DNA of 64,000 bases from Candidatus Azotimanducaceae bacterium (GTDB taxonomy: Bacteria > Pseudomonadota > Gammaproteobacteria > Pseudomonadales > Azotimanducaceae), in contig OZ244128.1 in assembly GCA_965215995.1 (NCBI GenBank), positions 400,284 through 464,283 of the forward strand, read 5' to 3'. The notes beneath the pieces were generated by a model. That model worked only from the letters and a program-made list of their open reading frames with translations, ran no database searches and was not told the DNA's origin. This document shows, in pieces, positions 28,720-37,935 of the stretch; position 1 is the first letter of the stretch, and each line of letters starts with the position of its first letter. The position numbers and the translations under genes are program-made.

Positions 28720-29980
28720 TGCGCGACTCCCCCCGCTCGTTAACAGCCCAGGCCTGAATGGCGTTGTAATGATAAAAAGCCCCTGGCGCCCTGCCTGCCA
28801 TCACCCGATCCCGGGTCGGCTGCACGGCACCGGTTTCATCCACCGCTCGACTCATCAAGGTGGCCGGTCCACCATCCCATCGCCAGGCAGCACGGAATCG
28901 AGTCAGGCAAAGCGGCAACACGTGCTCATCGAGCAGCGCATCCGCCCAGCTCTTGCCGCCATCCGCAGAGACCTCAACCCGGCTGATCCGGCCGCTGCCG
29001 GACCAGGCCAGACCGTTGATCTGGTAGACACCGGGTTCCATCAGATCCAGGCCCGGGGAGGGACTGGTGATCACGGACTTCACCGCCATTGGAAAGGTGA
29101 ACAACTCCGCTCTGCCGCTTTCCGCCAGATCGGAGTACTTGGAAGTTTCGTCCTTGGTCATGGCGGGGGAATCCGTCACCTTCAGCGTGCGCAGCCACTT
29201 CACGCTCGCGTTGCCTTCCCAGCCCGGCAGGAAGAGGCGCATCGGATAGCCGTTCGAAGGTCGCAACCGCTCACCGTTCTGGTAGAGGGCAACGATTGCG
29301 TCCTGCATGACCTTCTGAAGCGGCACGCTGCGGCTCATCACCGCCGCGTCTGCACCTCCTGCGACCACCCACTTACCTTCAGGCTTCACACCCGCCTCGT
29401 CCAGAAGCACGTTAAGCGGCACACCACCCCACTCGCTGGCAGAGATGAGTCCGTGGATCGTGCCGCAGTCCAGTTCCACCGGCTTCGGAGCGACCATCGG
29501 GCTGCTGTTGCCCGAGCACTCGAGAAACTGAATCCGGGAGACCTGGGGATACCGGTCCAGCGTTTCCACATCGAACGACAACGGCCGATTCACCAGCCCA
29601 TGAATCACCAGCCGGTGCTCCCCCGGGTCAATCTCCGGAATCCCGGAATGGTGTCGCTCGAAGTGCAATCGGCTGGGGGTGATGATGCCGTCCAGATGTT
29701 GCAACGGCGTTCTGGACACGCCGGCCCCGGTCGTGCCCGGCTGCGAGCCTACCGGCGCACGGACCACGTGATCCTCGAACGGCGATGGCGCGCCGCTCGG
29801 CCCCATGCCGATCCCCGGTGCGCGCATCCAGGGCGTGCGATCCGGACCGTCCGCGGCCGCAGAACCGGCCATCAGGAGACTTGTACCGGCAGCCAAACCG
29901 GATTTCAGAAACAGTCGCCGGTGCAGCAGGCCATTCCCCGCCACCGGCGTGAGATCATCTCTACTTGCGCTATCAGACAT
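28706..29980 (-). CDS. sulfite dehydrogenase molybdopterin subunit (SoxC/SorA-like)
   Basis: 424 aa with Tat signal RRLFLKSGLAAGTSLLMAGSAAA. It has a sulfite-oxidase-family Moco domain followed by a dimerisation domain. Confidence 0.85.
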   Translation of the reverse strand: MSDSASRDDLTPVAGNGLLHRRLFLKSGLAAGTSLLMAGSAAADGPDRTPWMRAPGIGMGPSGAPSPFEDHVVRAPVGSQPGTTGAGVSRTPLQHLDGIITPSRLHFERHHSGIPEIDPGEHRLVIHGLVNRPLSFDVETLDRYPQVSRIQFLECSGNSSPMVAPKPVELDCGTIHGLISASEWGGVPLNVLLDEAGVKPEGKWVVAGGADAAVMSRSVPLQKVMQDAIVALYQNGERLRPSNGYPMRLFLPGWEGNASVKWLRTLKVTDSPAMTKDETSKYSDLAESGRAELFTFPMAVKSVITSPSPGLDLMEPGVYQINGLAWSGSGRISRVEVSADGGKSWADALLDEHVLPLCLTRFRAAWRWDGGPATLMSRAVDETGAVQPTRDRVMAGRAPGAFYHYNAIQAWAVNERGESRNVYV

Positions 29981-30103
29981 TGCACTCCTCCCTCACTGCG
30001 ATGGTGCCCGGGCCAATGACCGCAGACAAGCCCGGATGACAACGAGCGCCGAAGCAGTGACACTGCATTCTTCCAAGCAAGGCGTCCACAAAGAGCGTTA
30101 CCG

Positions 30104-31054
30104 ATGAGAGTGTCTCTTCTGATCCTGGCCCTGATCGGCTTGCTGGGCGCCTGGGTATTCGTCGAGCGCCGGGTGATCGTGATGTATGCGTTCTCCGCGG
30201 CGGGGACGGGCGAACCGCCACCGCTGCTGCCGGCCCGGGAGGAAGGTCCGGATGTGCGCTGGCTGGACGACTATTTCACCGTCGAAAGCGTCGCCGTCGA
30301 CACCTACGCCATCGGCGAACCGCGCTATGCCCAGCAGAACTACAACTACCTCATTATCGGCGAGGAGAAGTCCCTGCTTTTCGATGCCGGCCCCGGCATA
30401 CGTGACATCCGCGGCATCGCCGAAAGCCTGACAGACAAGCCCATCGTCTTTCTCCCCTCCCACTTCCACTACGACCACGTGGGTAACGAGGTTACCTTCG
30501 AGGAGATCGCGGTGGTAGATCTGCCGCACATCCGCAGCCGGGTTGATGAGAGCGGTCTGCTCACTCTGCTGCCCATGGAACACCTGGTCATGGCCGAAGG
30601 CGTTGCTGCCCCCACCTGGGAGGTGGACCACTGGTGGCCGCCCGGCAGCGAAATCGATCTGGGTGGCAGGACCCTCATGCTCCTCTACACGCCCGGCCAC
30701 ACCACGGATTCCGTCTCACTGCTTGATGAAGCCAACCAGATTCTCTTCAGTGGCGACTATCTCTACCCCGGAGATCTATACGGATTCCTGACTAACTCCT
30801 CAATGGCCGACTATCAGGCCACGGCGCTGACGCTGCTGGGCAACCTGAACCCGGATGTTGTGCTGCTGGGGGCGCATCGAGTCGCTCCTCCCGGCGCACC
30901 CAGGCTCGGTTACCGGGACGTGGAGGACCTCGCTACTGGTCTACGGGGAATTCGCGAAGGTGAGATCGATGGCACGGGCAGCTACCCGCAAGCGTTTCCC
31001 ATCAACGACCGGCTGACCATGCTGGCAGAGCCTCGCTGGCTGCAGCGCTGGTAG
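30104..31054 (+). CDS. MBL-fold metallo-hydrolase with N-terminal TM/signal segment
   Basis: 316 aa with the HxHxDH motif SHFHYDHVG and a later YTPGHTTDS. Confidence 0.8.
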   Translation: MRVSLLILALIGLLGAWVFVERRVIVMYAFSAAGTGEPPPLLPAREEGPDVRWLDDYFTVESVAVDTYAIGEPRYAQQNYNYLIIGEEKSLLFDAGPGIRDIRGIAESLTDKPIVFLPSHFHYDHVGNEVTFEEIAVVDLPHIRSRVDESGLLTLLPMEHLVMAEGVAAPTWEVDHWWPPGSEIDLGGRTLMLLYTPGHTTDSVSLLDEANQILFSGDYLYPGDLYGFLTNSSMADYQATALTLLGNLNPDVVLLGAHRVAPPGAPRLGYRDVEDLATGLRGIREGEIDGTGSYPQAFPINDRLTMLAEPRWLQRW

Positions 31055-31057
31055 AAG

Positions 31058-31879
31058 GTGCACAGGGAAGAAACCGCTGCCGCACGACCGGCACCCGCTG
31101 GGGGCGTTTGCCTGGCCACTGCGCTGTGCGATCCACAGGCCGAGTTGCTCGCCAAGGCTCGGGCTCTCTGGCCCGCGCTGCAGGCGGCATTCGCTAGCCA
31201 GGCTATCCACGTCACCAGCGACACGCACCCGGACTGGTTCGATTTCCTGGCCGAGCACGATGTGCCAACCCGGCAGGCCGCTCCAGGCTGGGACCACATC
31301 GGACTGCACCGACGCCGTTCTCTGGAGATCGCTCTGGATCACTTCGATGCCGAGCGACTGATCTATCTGGATCCCGACCACGTGCTTCGCTGGCTGGAGC
31401 GACACCCCGGCGAGCTCAAAGAGGCGCTGGCAATGGTCGGCTCCTGGGACTGCCTGATCATCGGACGTTCTGCAGTGTCCTTTGCAGCTACCCCGGAACG
31501 CCTGCGTGATACCGAGAGCGTGGTGAACCGGATCTACGCACTCATGACTGGCCGCAGTTGGGACCTGATGATGGCCGCGCGAGGATTTTCCCGACTCGGC
31601 GCAGAACTCATCGTGCACCACTGCCACGAAGACACCCTCGGTAATGACGTGGCCTGGCCGCTACTCGTGGAGCAGGCCGACATGACGCTCGGCTACCTGG
31701 AAGCCGACGGTCTCACCTACGAGACCAACACCGTCTATGCCAATGACCTGAAAGATGCCGAAGACTCGAATCCGGAAGCCTGGATGCTCCGGGTCTATGC
31801 GGCGAATCAGCATATCGATGCCATGCGGCCCTTTCTCAACAGCAGACGAACCAAAGGAAGTAAGCAACCCGATGTTTGA
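31058..31879 (+). CDS. hypothetical protein (273 aa), possibly GT-A-like
   Basis: The ORF starts at a GTG 3 nt after the MBL stop, so the start is uncertain. An LIYLDPDH (DxD-like) motif lies about 100 aa in. I recognise no family confidently. Confidence 0.55.
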   Translation: MHREETAAARPAPAGGVCLATALCDPQAELLAKARALWPALQAAFASQAIHVTSDTHPDWFDFLAEHDVPTRQAAPGWDHIGLHRRRSLEIALDHFDAERLIYLDPDHVLRWLERHPGELKEALAMVGSWDCLIIGRSAVSFAATPERLRDTESVVNRIYALMTGRSWDLMMAARGFSRLGAELIVHHCHEDTLGNDVAWPLLVEQADMTLGYLEADGLTYETNTVYANDLKDAEDSNPEAWMLRVYAANQHIDAMRPFLNSRRTKGSKQPDV

Positions 31880-32591
31880 ATTGCCAAACCGACGCAGAAT
31901 CTATCTCATGCGGCACGGGGAAGCCGCCTACGTTACCGACGACGGCACCGTAACAGACGATCCGCGCAACGTGCCGCTCACCGCGAACGGACGAATTCAG
32001 GCCAGAAAGCAAGCTGCCGTGCTGGCCAGCGTGCCATTCGACCGGGCCATCTGCTCGGGCCTGCCGCGAACGTTAGAAACGGCAATACTCGTCCTCGCCG
32101 GTCGCGAGACGCCGGCCCTGGAAGAAGTACCCGACCTCGAAGAGATCAATGGCGGCGGCAAGGACCAGCCGATCGCCGACCCTGCTGCCTGGCTGAAGCA
32201 CGTGGCAAACCCCTGGGCTGGTGCCGACCATCCTGAGGCCACCTTCATGGGGGGTGAGCGATTCGTCGATTTCGCTGCCCGGGTAACCCCTGCTTTTGAC
32301 GCCATTGTCGCCGACCAGCGCTGGAAGACCTTGCTGCTCGTACTGCACGGCGCCGTGAATCGGATGATATTCAATCACGTGCTGGGCTTAGGCTGGCAGG
32401 GACGGGTTTCGATCGAGCAGGACAACTGCTGTATCAACGTCATCGACGTGGATACGGATCAGCAGGGTGACGTATCACGGTTTCTGGTTCGCGTGGTGAA
32501 CCTGACAAGCTACGATCTGAACAAGTCGGACGTTTTTCTCACCAGCATGGAGCACACGGCGTCTAGAATCGCCGAGCAGATGGCCGACTGA
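31872..32591 (+). CDS. histidine phosphatase (phosphoglycerate mutase-like) family protein
   Basis: RIYLMRHGEAAY (RHG motif). The ATG at 31872 overlaps the upstream stop by 8 nt (track ORF 31755 trimmed). Confidence 0.85.
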   Translation: MFELPNRRRIYLMRHGEAAYVTDDGTVTDDPRNVPLTANGRIQARKQAAVLASVPFDRAICSGLPRTLETAILVLAGRETPALEEVPDLEEINGGGKDQPIADPAAWLKHVANPWAGADHPEATFMGGERFVDFAARVTPAFDAIVADQRWKTLLLVLHGAVNRMIFNHVLGLGWQGRVSIEQDNCCINVIDVDTDQQGDVSRFLVRVVNLTSYDLNKSDVFLTSMEHTASRIAEQMAD

Positions 32592-32679
32592 ACCGTTTTG
32601 CGGCCGGGTCGCGACGCGCCTAGCCTCAGACCCCGTGGAACGCGTCATAATTCAACGAGTCAATCGAACAGGACACCAG

Positions 32680-33402
32680 ATGGACGCCGAACTCATCAGA
32701 CACGAGGGCTGGGCAGAACTCATGCTGAACCGGCCGGAACGAAAAAACGCAATTACCGGACCCATGGGCATTGCCATGGCCGAGTGCCTGGCAACGGTTA
32801 ACGACGATGAGTCCGTTCAGGTGTTGATCTTGCGCGGCGCTGGCGGCGCTTTCTGTTCCGGGCTCGATCTCAAGGAGTTCAATGCCGACCCGGCCCCCGA
32901 CTGGCTGCCGGACTTCCAGCACATCTGGCGCGGTGCGCACCGGGCACTGCTGGAGTGCCGGGTGCCAATCATCGGGGCCATGGAGCGCTATGCGATCAAC
33001 GGCGGTGCAGCTCTGGCACTGGCCTGCGACCTGCTCATCGTCGGTCGTGAGTCATTTCTTCAGGTGGGGGAAGTTCAGATCGGCATGGCTGCGCCTTACA
33101 ACATGGCCTGGCTGGCCCTTCGTCACCCTGAGTCCATCGCCGCGCGGCTTGCCATGGTCGGCAGGCGTCACAGCGGTGAAGCGCTGTTGTCGATGGGTGT
33201 CGCTTATGACTGTGTCGAAGATGCCGAAGTTCTGAATGCCGCCACCGAGCTTGCCCGGGCGATGAGTGAGTATCCGGCCGGTGGCAGTCGCAAGATCAAA
33301 GCCGGCGCCCGGGCGACGCTTAAGGAGTCGGCAGACGACTGGTTCGACAAGTTCACCGACGTGCACCCGGTTGGTGTGCCAACGCCTACCAGAATGAAAT
33401 AG
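32680..33402 (+). CDS. enoyl-CoA hydratase/isomerase (crotonase) family protein
   Basis: WAELMLNRPERKNAITGP...GGAFCSGLDL. The start is trimmed to the ATG at 32680. Confidence 0.85.
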   Translation: MDAELIRHEGWAELMLNRPERKNAITGPMGIAMAECLATVNDDESVQVLILRGAGGAFCSGLDLKEFNADPAPDWLPDFQHIWRGAHRALLECRVPIIGAMERYAINGGAALALACDLLIVGRESFLQVGEVQIGMAAPYNMAWLALRHPESIAARLAMVGRRHSGEALLSMGVAYDCVEDAEVLNAATELARAMSEYPAGGSRKIKAGARATLKESADDWFDKFTDVHPVGVPTPTRMK

Positions 33403-33414
33403 GAGCAGCTACGA

Positions 33415-34170
33415 ATGCGAGATCTGAAGGGTAAGGTGGCCTGGATCACGGGCGCCGGAACCGGCATCGGCGAAGCAGGTGCACAAGCACTGGCTGCGGC
33501 GGGTATGCAGGTAGTGCTTTCGGGTCGCCGGGCCGGGCCGCTGGAAGCCGCGGCGGCGGAACTAGGTTCTGCCGCCACAGTCGAGCCATTGGACGTATCT
33601 GACAAAGACGCCGTGGCGGATGTGGCCGCGCGAATCCTGGATCGCCATGGCCGCGTGGACGTGCTCGTCAATAGCGCGGGCATCAACGTGAAGGAACGTA
33701 ACTGGCACAACGTCGCGTTGGAAGATTGGGACCGGGTGATCCGGATCGATCTGGATGGCGCTTTCTACTGCTCAAAGGCCGTGCTGCCAGCGATGATCGA
33801 GCAAGGCGATGGCTTGATCATCAACATCTCATCCTGGGCCGGAAGATATGTGAGCGTGCTGACCGGGCCGGGTTATACGGCTGCCAAGCATGCAATGAAT
33901 GCCATGAACGAAAGCCTCAACATGGAGCACGGCATCCATGGGATTCGTGCCTGTGCGATCTGCCCGGGTGAGGTGGCCACGCCCATCCTGGACAACCGGC
34001 CGGTTCCAGTGACAGATGAAGACAAGGCGAAGATGGTGCAAGCGGAAGACTGCGGCGAGCTCATCCGGTTCATCGCCGAGCTGCCGGCCCACGTCTGCCT
34101 CAACGAGCTGACCATCAGCCCCACCTGGAACCGGAGCTACATTGCTCAGGCGCGCAGCCTGGCGCCATGA
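33415..34170 (+). CDS. short-chain dehydrogenase/reductase
   Basis: 251 aa with WITGAGTGIGEA, NSAG and YTAAKHAM (YxxxK). Confidence 0.9.
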   Translation: MRDLKGKVAWITGAGTGIGEAGAQALAAAGMQVVLSGRRAGPLEAAAAELGSAATVEPLDVSDKDAVADVAARILDRHGRVDVLVNSAGINVKERNWHNVALEDWDRVIRIDLDGAFYCSKAVLPAMIEQGDGLIINISSWAGRYVSVLTGPGYTAAKHAMNAMNESLNMEHGIHGIRACAICPGEVATPILDNRPVPVTDEDKAKMVQAEDCGELIRFIAELPAHVCLNELTISPTWNRSYIAQARSLAP

Positions 34171-34195
34171 CGGTACCTGAGAACCGCTTGTCGCA

Positions 34196-34810
34196 TTACT
34201 GGCCCTGCGGCTGCTGCGACTCCGATTCTCCTACAGGCTTATAGCCGAACTTCATCCCGCCGATGCTGGCCTCATACATGAGTCCACCTTTGGCGACAGT
34301 GAACACAGCCAGACCTTTCGAGTAATCACCGGAGGTCACCGCATCATGCCGACCGCCGGAGGCTCCGGCAGTTCCGCCACCGGCCGTCGATGCGCTGGCG
34401 GACGCACCTGCCGTGATGGCGACCGCCGTGGCTTGAGCACCGAATTCGAAATTGCCGGAGGAGAACTCATCAAACGCCCGCTTGTCTTCGAAAAAGATAA
34501 TCATGCTGTAGGCCTGACCACCGAGCTGAAAACCGACGGTTACCTGGCCCATGGACGTGTCGCCCACATAGGCGCCGCCCACAAAAACCCTGCCTTTACC
34601 GCCAGCGCCACCAATGCCAATGCCCCCTTTGCCGATCGTCGGAAAGAGCGCGTACCCGTAAGCAGAACCAAAAAACTTGCCGCTGGCACCAGCGCCCTGA
34701 AAGACCTCACGAGCATCATCGTAGCCATCGGCCAGCACCGGGCCAGAAATCCCCAATATCAGGCACAGCGCCATCACGGTCCCCGCCACCATCCGATTGT
34801 GTAGTCTCAT
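34196..34810 (-). CDS. SYLF (Ysc84-like) lipid-binding domain protein, secreted
   Basis: Signal peptide, then GYALFPTIGKGGIGIGGAGGKGRVF...GFQLGGQAYS. The start is trimmed to the ATG at 34810, which has an AGGAG RBS. Confidence 0.75.
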   Translation of the reverse strand: MRLHNRMVAGTVMALCLILGISGPVLADGYDDAREVFQGAGASGKFFGSAYGYALFPTIGKGGIGIGGAGGKGRVFVGGAYVGDTSMGQVTVGFQLGGQAYSMIIFFEDKRAFDEFSSGNFEFGAQATAVAITAGASASASTAGGGTAGASGGRHDAVTSGDYSKGLAVFTVAKGGLMYEASIGGMKFGYKPVGESESQQPQGQ

Positions 34811-34858
34811 TCCAGGCTCCTGAGTAAACTGCGCGCTCATGTTACACACTCCCCCGCC

Positions 34859-35608
34859 ATGATCGAAATCGAGTTGAACTGGATCACCCTGCTGGTGTTA
34901 TCCGGCGCACTGGCGAGCGTGCATCTCTGGTCTCCCTGGTTCGACGATCGTTACACTCAGGGGACGTCTTTCTGGATGGGATTTATCGGTGGTGTCGCTG
35001 CGGGCTACGCCATTCTCTACCTCCTGCCGAAAATAGCCCGGATCACGGCCAAGGTCGTGGGCCCCGATCCGGTTACAGAGATGGCTTTTCTGGATCTCAG
35101 GATGTACTTCCTGATGCTCTCCGGCATGGTGGCCTATCTGGTGATGTTGCACCTGGACACCGGCCAGACGCGCTGGTCTGTACTCGCGCGGGCATTCGAC
35201 TACGGCGTACATGGCGCCTACAGCCTTCTTCTGGGCTACGTATTCGTGGAGACAGCCTCAGACAAAGACGAGATCAACGCGCTGATCGGCACCGTTTTCG
35301 CTCTGCACCTGCTCGGCATGAATCACGTGTTGCGATCGATCCGAACCGCCGGATTCGATCGGATCGCTCGGTGGGCCTACTTCCTGCTGGTGCTTGCTGG
35401 CGCGGGCCTGGGACTCACTACGGAGCTACCCGATCTGTTTATCCACAGCATGACGGCGTTCCTCGCCGGAATCATTCTGGTCTTCGTGATCTCCGAAGAG
35501 ATGCCACTGGAGTACCCGGGGCGCGTGCCCTGGTTTTTATTGGGAGCAGGGCTGTTTGTGGCCGTCGTCTGGATCGTCATTCAGTTCGATCCGCGCTCAC
35601 CCTACTGA
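34859..35608 (+). CDS. hypothetical integral membrane protein (249 aa)
   Basis: About 8 hydrophobic segments. I recognise no family. Confidence 0.6.
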   Translation: MIEIELNWITLLVLSGALASVHLWSPWFDDRYTQGTSFWMGFIGGVAAGYAILYLLPKIARITAKVVGPDPVTEMAFLDLRMYFLMLSGMVAYLVMLHLDTGQTRWSVLARAFDYGVHGAYSLLLGYVFVETASDKDEINALIGTVFALHLLGMNHVLRSIRTAGFDRIARWAYFLLVLAGAGLGLTTELPDLFIHSMTAFLAGIILVFVISEEMPLEYPGRVPWFLLGAGLFVAVVWIVIQFDPRSPY

Positions 35609-35669
35609 CCTACTATCTCCGGAAGTTCAGCTCTACAGATTTACGCCGGTAGACCTGCCTGTCTCAGCG

Positions 35670-35948
35670 CATCAGCCTGAGGGCATGCTTCCGGTGGGGG
35701 TCGGGTTGAACATCGGCGTCGCCCAGGTCGGTCCCATTGCCAAGGGTGAGGCGAAGGACTTCACGGCGGTTGGTGATGTCGTCAACACGGCAGCACGCCT
35801 GCAAAGCAACGCGCGGGAGTTCGAGATCGTGCTTTCACAAGCAGTGCATTCAGCGGTTGAGAATCCAATACCTCGAGCAGAGCCGGCCACATTCGACGTC
35901 AAGGGAAAAGCCGAGTCTCTGAAGGCGTTCGTTATCCCCGTCGCCTAG
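35670..35948 (+). pseudogene. 5'-truncated class III adenylate/guanylate cyclase catalytic-domain remnant
   Basis: The translation is VGVGLNIGVAQVGPIAKGEAKDFTAVGDVVNTAARLQSNA...FDVKGKAESLKAFVI. This matches only the C-terminal half of the cyclase homology domain (GDxVNxAARL). The metal-binding N-terminal half is absent in all frames upstream. Confidence 0.6.
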
Positions 35949-35958
35949 CGATCTTGAT

Positions 35959-37125
35959 CTACGGCAGCTCCTCCACTGCGGCGGCGAGCAGGGCCTCGAT
36001 CTGGGTCACGATCTTCGCCTCGAACGCCGGATCGAACCCCTCGAGCCGCGGCGTGTGAATGTGGCCCATGGGAATCCGGTTCTCTCGGCCATGGATCCGT
36101 TCGTTGGCCAGCAGCGTGCGGTAGGCGATTTCGTTCGACAGGTACCCACCGCCGGAGCCACGCACCGCCGTCTCACCGTGCAGTGCCTCGAGGCCCCTCG
36201 CTTCGTGGTCCCCGCTCTCCAGCGTGGCGACCTTTCGGTTGTCACGGACAGCAAAATGACCCTTCACCGCCGTCATCGCCTCAGCGGGCAGGGTGAACTC
36301 GAGAAACTCCGGCCCGACCAGCTCACCACCTGGCGCGCCCGGGATCAGAGGACGATCTGGTGTTGCCCCGGTCAGGACGTTCAGGTTGTCCGGCACCGCG
36401 GATGACCGGCGTCGACCCGGAAAGCGCTCCAGATCGAAACCTTCCCGACCCATGCTGATGGTGACCAAGAGATCCACGCCGCTCTTCAGAAGCGGCTCGA
36501 TGAACAGCTCCACACTGCCAAGATCGAAATCTGCAAACCGGACGGGAAAGACGGCGGCCTGTATGTGAGCCGGGCCGTTTTCGGTCTCAAGCGTTCTGCC
36601 ATCGAGGGCAAGGGCGGCAAGGCCGGATGGGTTGCTCTGCTCAATCTGCCGATCGAGATGAAAGGGATCGAAACCGGTCACCAGCACCCGCCGCAGCCGG
36701 GCGGTCCCAGTACGCTCGGCGGGATACGTCACATCAGCCATGCCTCGACTGGCCCGCTCGAGACGCTCAAGAGCGCCCGGATCCGCTGCTGCTTTTCTGA
36801 GCCCGGCCTTGATCTTCAGTCGCGCCCAGTAAAGAGTCCGGTCGTCCCAGATCTCGCCCGTCTGAACACTTCCGACCGCCGCACGCCAGAGCCGCTGGCC
36901 GAGATCGGCAATCATCTCAGGATCTGTTGGGTCAATTGTCAGAGGCGTGGGGCCAACCCTGTCCATGAGCTTCTCGAGTGGGATGCCTGAGCCAGCCAGC
37001 CGATCCAGTCGGGCTTCCTCAACCGTCAGCTCGACGGCCGTCGCCTCACTGGCCCCTTCGTCGTCCGGCATCTGGCCTGCCTCCTCTGCAGCAACAACAG
37101 TCCCGCCTATGGCGAGCATCACCAT
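35959..37125 (-). CDS. pyroglutamyl-peptidase I (C15)-like protein with Ser in place of the nucleophile Cys, plus an N-terminal extension
   Basis: RVLVTGFDPF...SNPS, DLERFPG (catalytic Glu position), GSGGGYLSNEIAY (Pcp has AGTFVCN) and MGHIHTP (His). The true start may lie upstream of the ATG at 37125. Confidence 0.7.
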   Translation of the reverse strand: MVMLAIGGTVVAAEEAGQMPDDEGASEATAVELTVEEARLDRLAGSGIPLEKLMDRVGPTPLTIDPTDPEMIADLGQRLWRAAVGSVQTGEIWDDRTLYWARLKIKAGLRKAAADPGALERLERASRGMADVTYPAERTGTARLRRVLVTGFDPFHLDRQIEQSNPSGLAALALDGRTLETENGPAHIQAAVFPVRFADFDLGSVELFIEPLLKSGVDLLVTISMGREGFDLERFPGRRRSSAVPDNLNVLTGATPDRPLIPGAPGGELVGPEFLEFTLPAEAMTAVKGHFAVRDNRKVATLESGDHEARGLEALHGETAVRGSGGGYLSNEIAYRTLLANERIHGRENRIPMGHIHTPRLEGFDPAFEAKIVTQIEALLAAAVEELP

Positions 37126-37229
37126 GCACAGCCAGGCACCCCTGCGGGGCAGCAGCTGTGAGCAATCGATTGTTTGAGTCGCAGTAGCCGGCTCAGAGCG
37201 AGCCGGTCGAGTCGTTCGTCGAGCGACGA

Positions 37230-37586
37230 TCAGTTCTTCAGCACCCGGAGCACGTCTTCCAGCTCGACGATCATCTGCTTGACCAGCAGCTTGAACTGGG
37301 TCTGATCCTGCTTGGCATCATCACCGGTCAGGCGCTGCCGGGCACCGCCAATGGTGAAGCCCTGATCGTAAAGCAGGGAACGGATCTGGCGGATGATGAT
37401 CACATCCTGACGCTGATAGTAGCGGCGGTTGCCGCGGCGCTTCACCGGTTTGAGCTGAGGAAACTCCTGCTCCCAGTAACGCAGCACGTGCGGCTTCACC
37501 TCGCAGAGCTGGCTTACCTCACCGATGGTGAAGTACCGCTTCCCCGGGATCGGGGGCAGGTCATCACTCTGACTCGGGTCCAGCAT
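37230..37586 (-). CDS. MerR family transcriptional regulator (conserved partner downstream of ihfA)
   Basis: 118 aa with [25 protein letters not shown]. It overlaps the ihfA 3' end by 23 nt. Confidence 0.85.
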   Translation of the reverse strand: MLDPSQSDDLPPIPGKRYFTIGEVSQLCEVKPHVLRYWEQEFPQLKPVKRRGNRRYYQRQDVIIIRQIRSLLYDQGFTIGGARQRLTGDDAKQDQTQFKLLVKQMIVELEDVLRVLKN

Positions 37587-37869
37587 AGGCCTCTACTCTT
37601 GCTTTCAGCTTCTGGCCGGGACGGAAGGTAACCACCCGTCTGGCCGTGATGGGGATCTCTTCCCCTGTCTTCGGGTTGCGTCCGGGACGCTCCCCTTTTT
37701 CGCGCAGATCGAAATTACCGAATCCGGACAATTTCACCTGTTCGTTTCGCTCCAGGCTACCGCGGACCTCGTCGAAAAAGAGTTCCACGATTTCCTTCGC
37801 TTCGCGCTTATTCAGGCCCAACTCGTCAAAAAGACGGTCAGCCATCTGCGCCTTCGTCAAAGCACCCAA
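37564..37869 (-). CDS. ihfA: integration host factor subunit alpha
   Basis: [34 protein letters not shown]...[31 protein letters not shown], near-identical in pattern to Pseudomonas IhfA. Confidence 0.97.
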   Translation of the reverse strand: MGALTKAQMADRLFDELGLNKREAKEIVELFFDEVRGSLERNEQVKLSGFGNFDLREKGERPGRNPKTGEEIPITARRVVTFRPGQKLKARVEAYAGPESE

Positions 37870-37892
37870 TTCAGTCTCCTTTCCCCGTGTCT

Positions 37893-37919
37893 CCCTCCAG
37901 GAGCCAATTGGCTGGAGGG
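37893..37919 (-). other. stable hairpin in the pheT-ihfA spacer
   Basis: CCCTCCAG...CTGGAGGG, an 8-bp stem around a CCAATTGG core. There is no U-tract and the function is unknown. Confidence 0.3.
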
Positions 37920-37935
37920 TCCTCCCACGGTCGGG

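Noticed and set aside
28622-30019. 465-aa plus-strand ORF
   Set aside because: It is antisense to the SoxC/SorA-like gene, which has a Tat signal and Moco domain. This is a shadow ORF.
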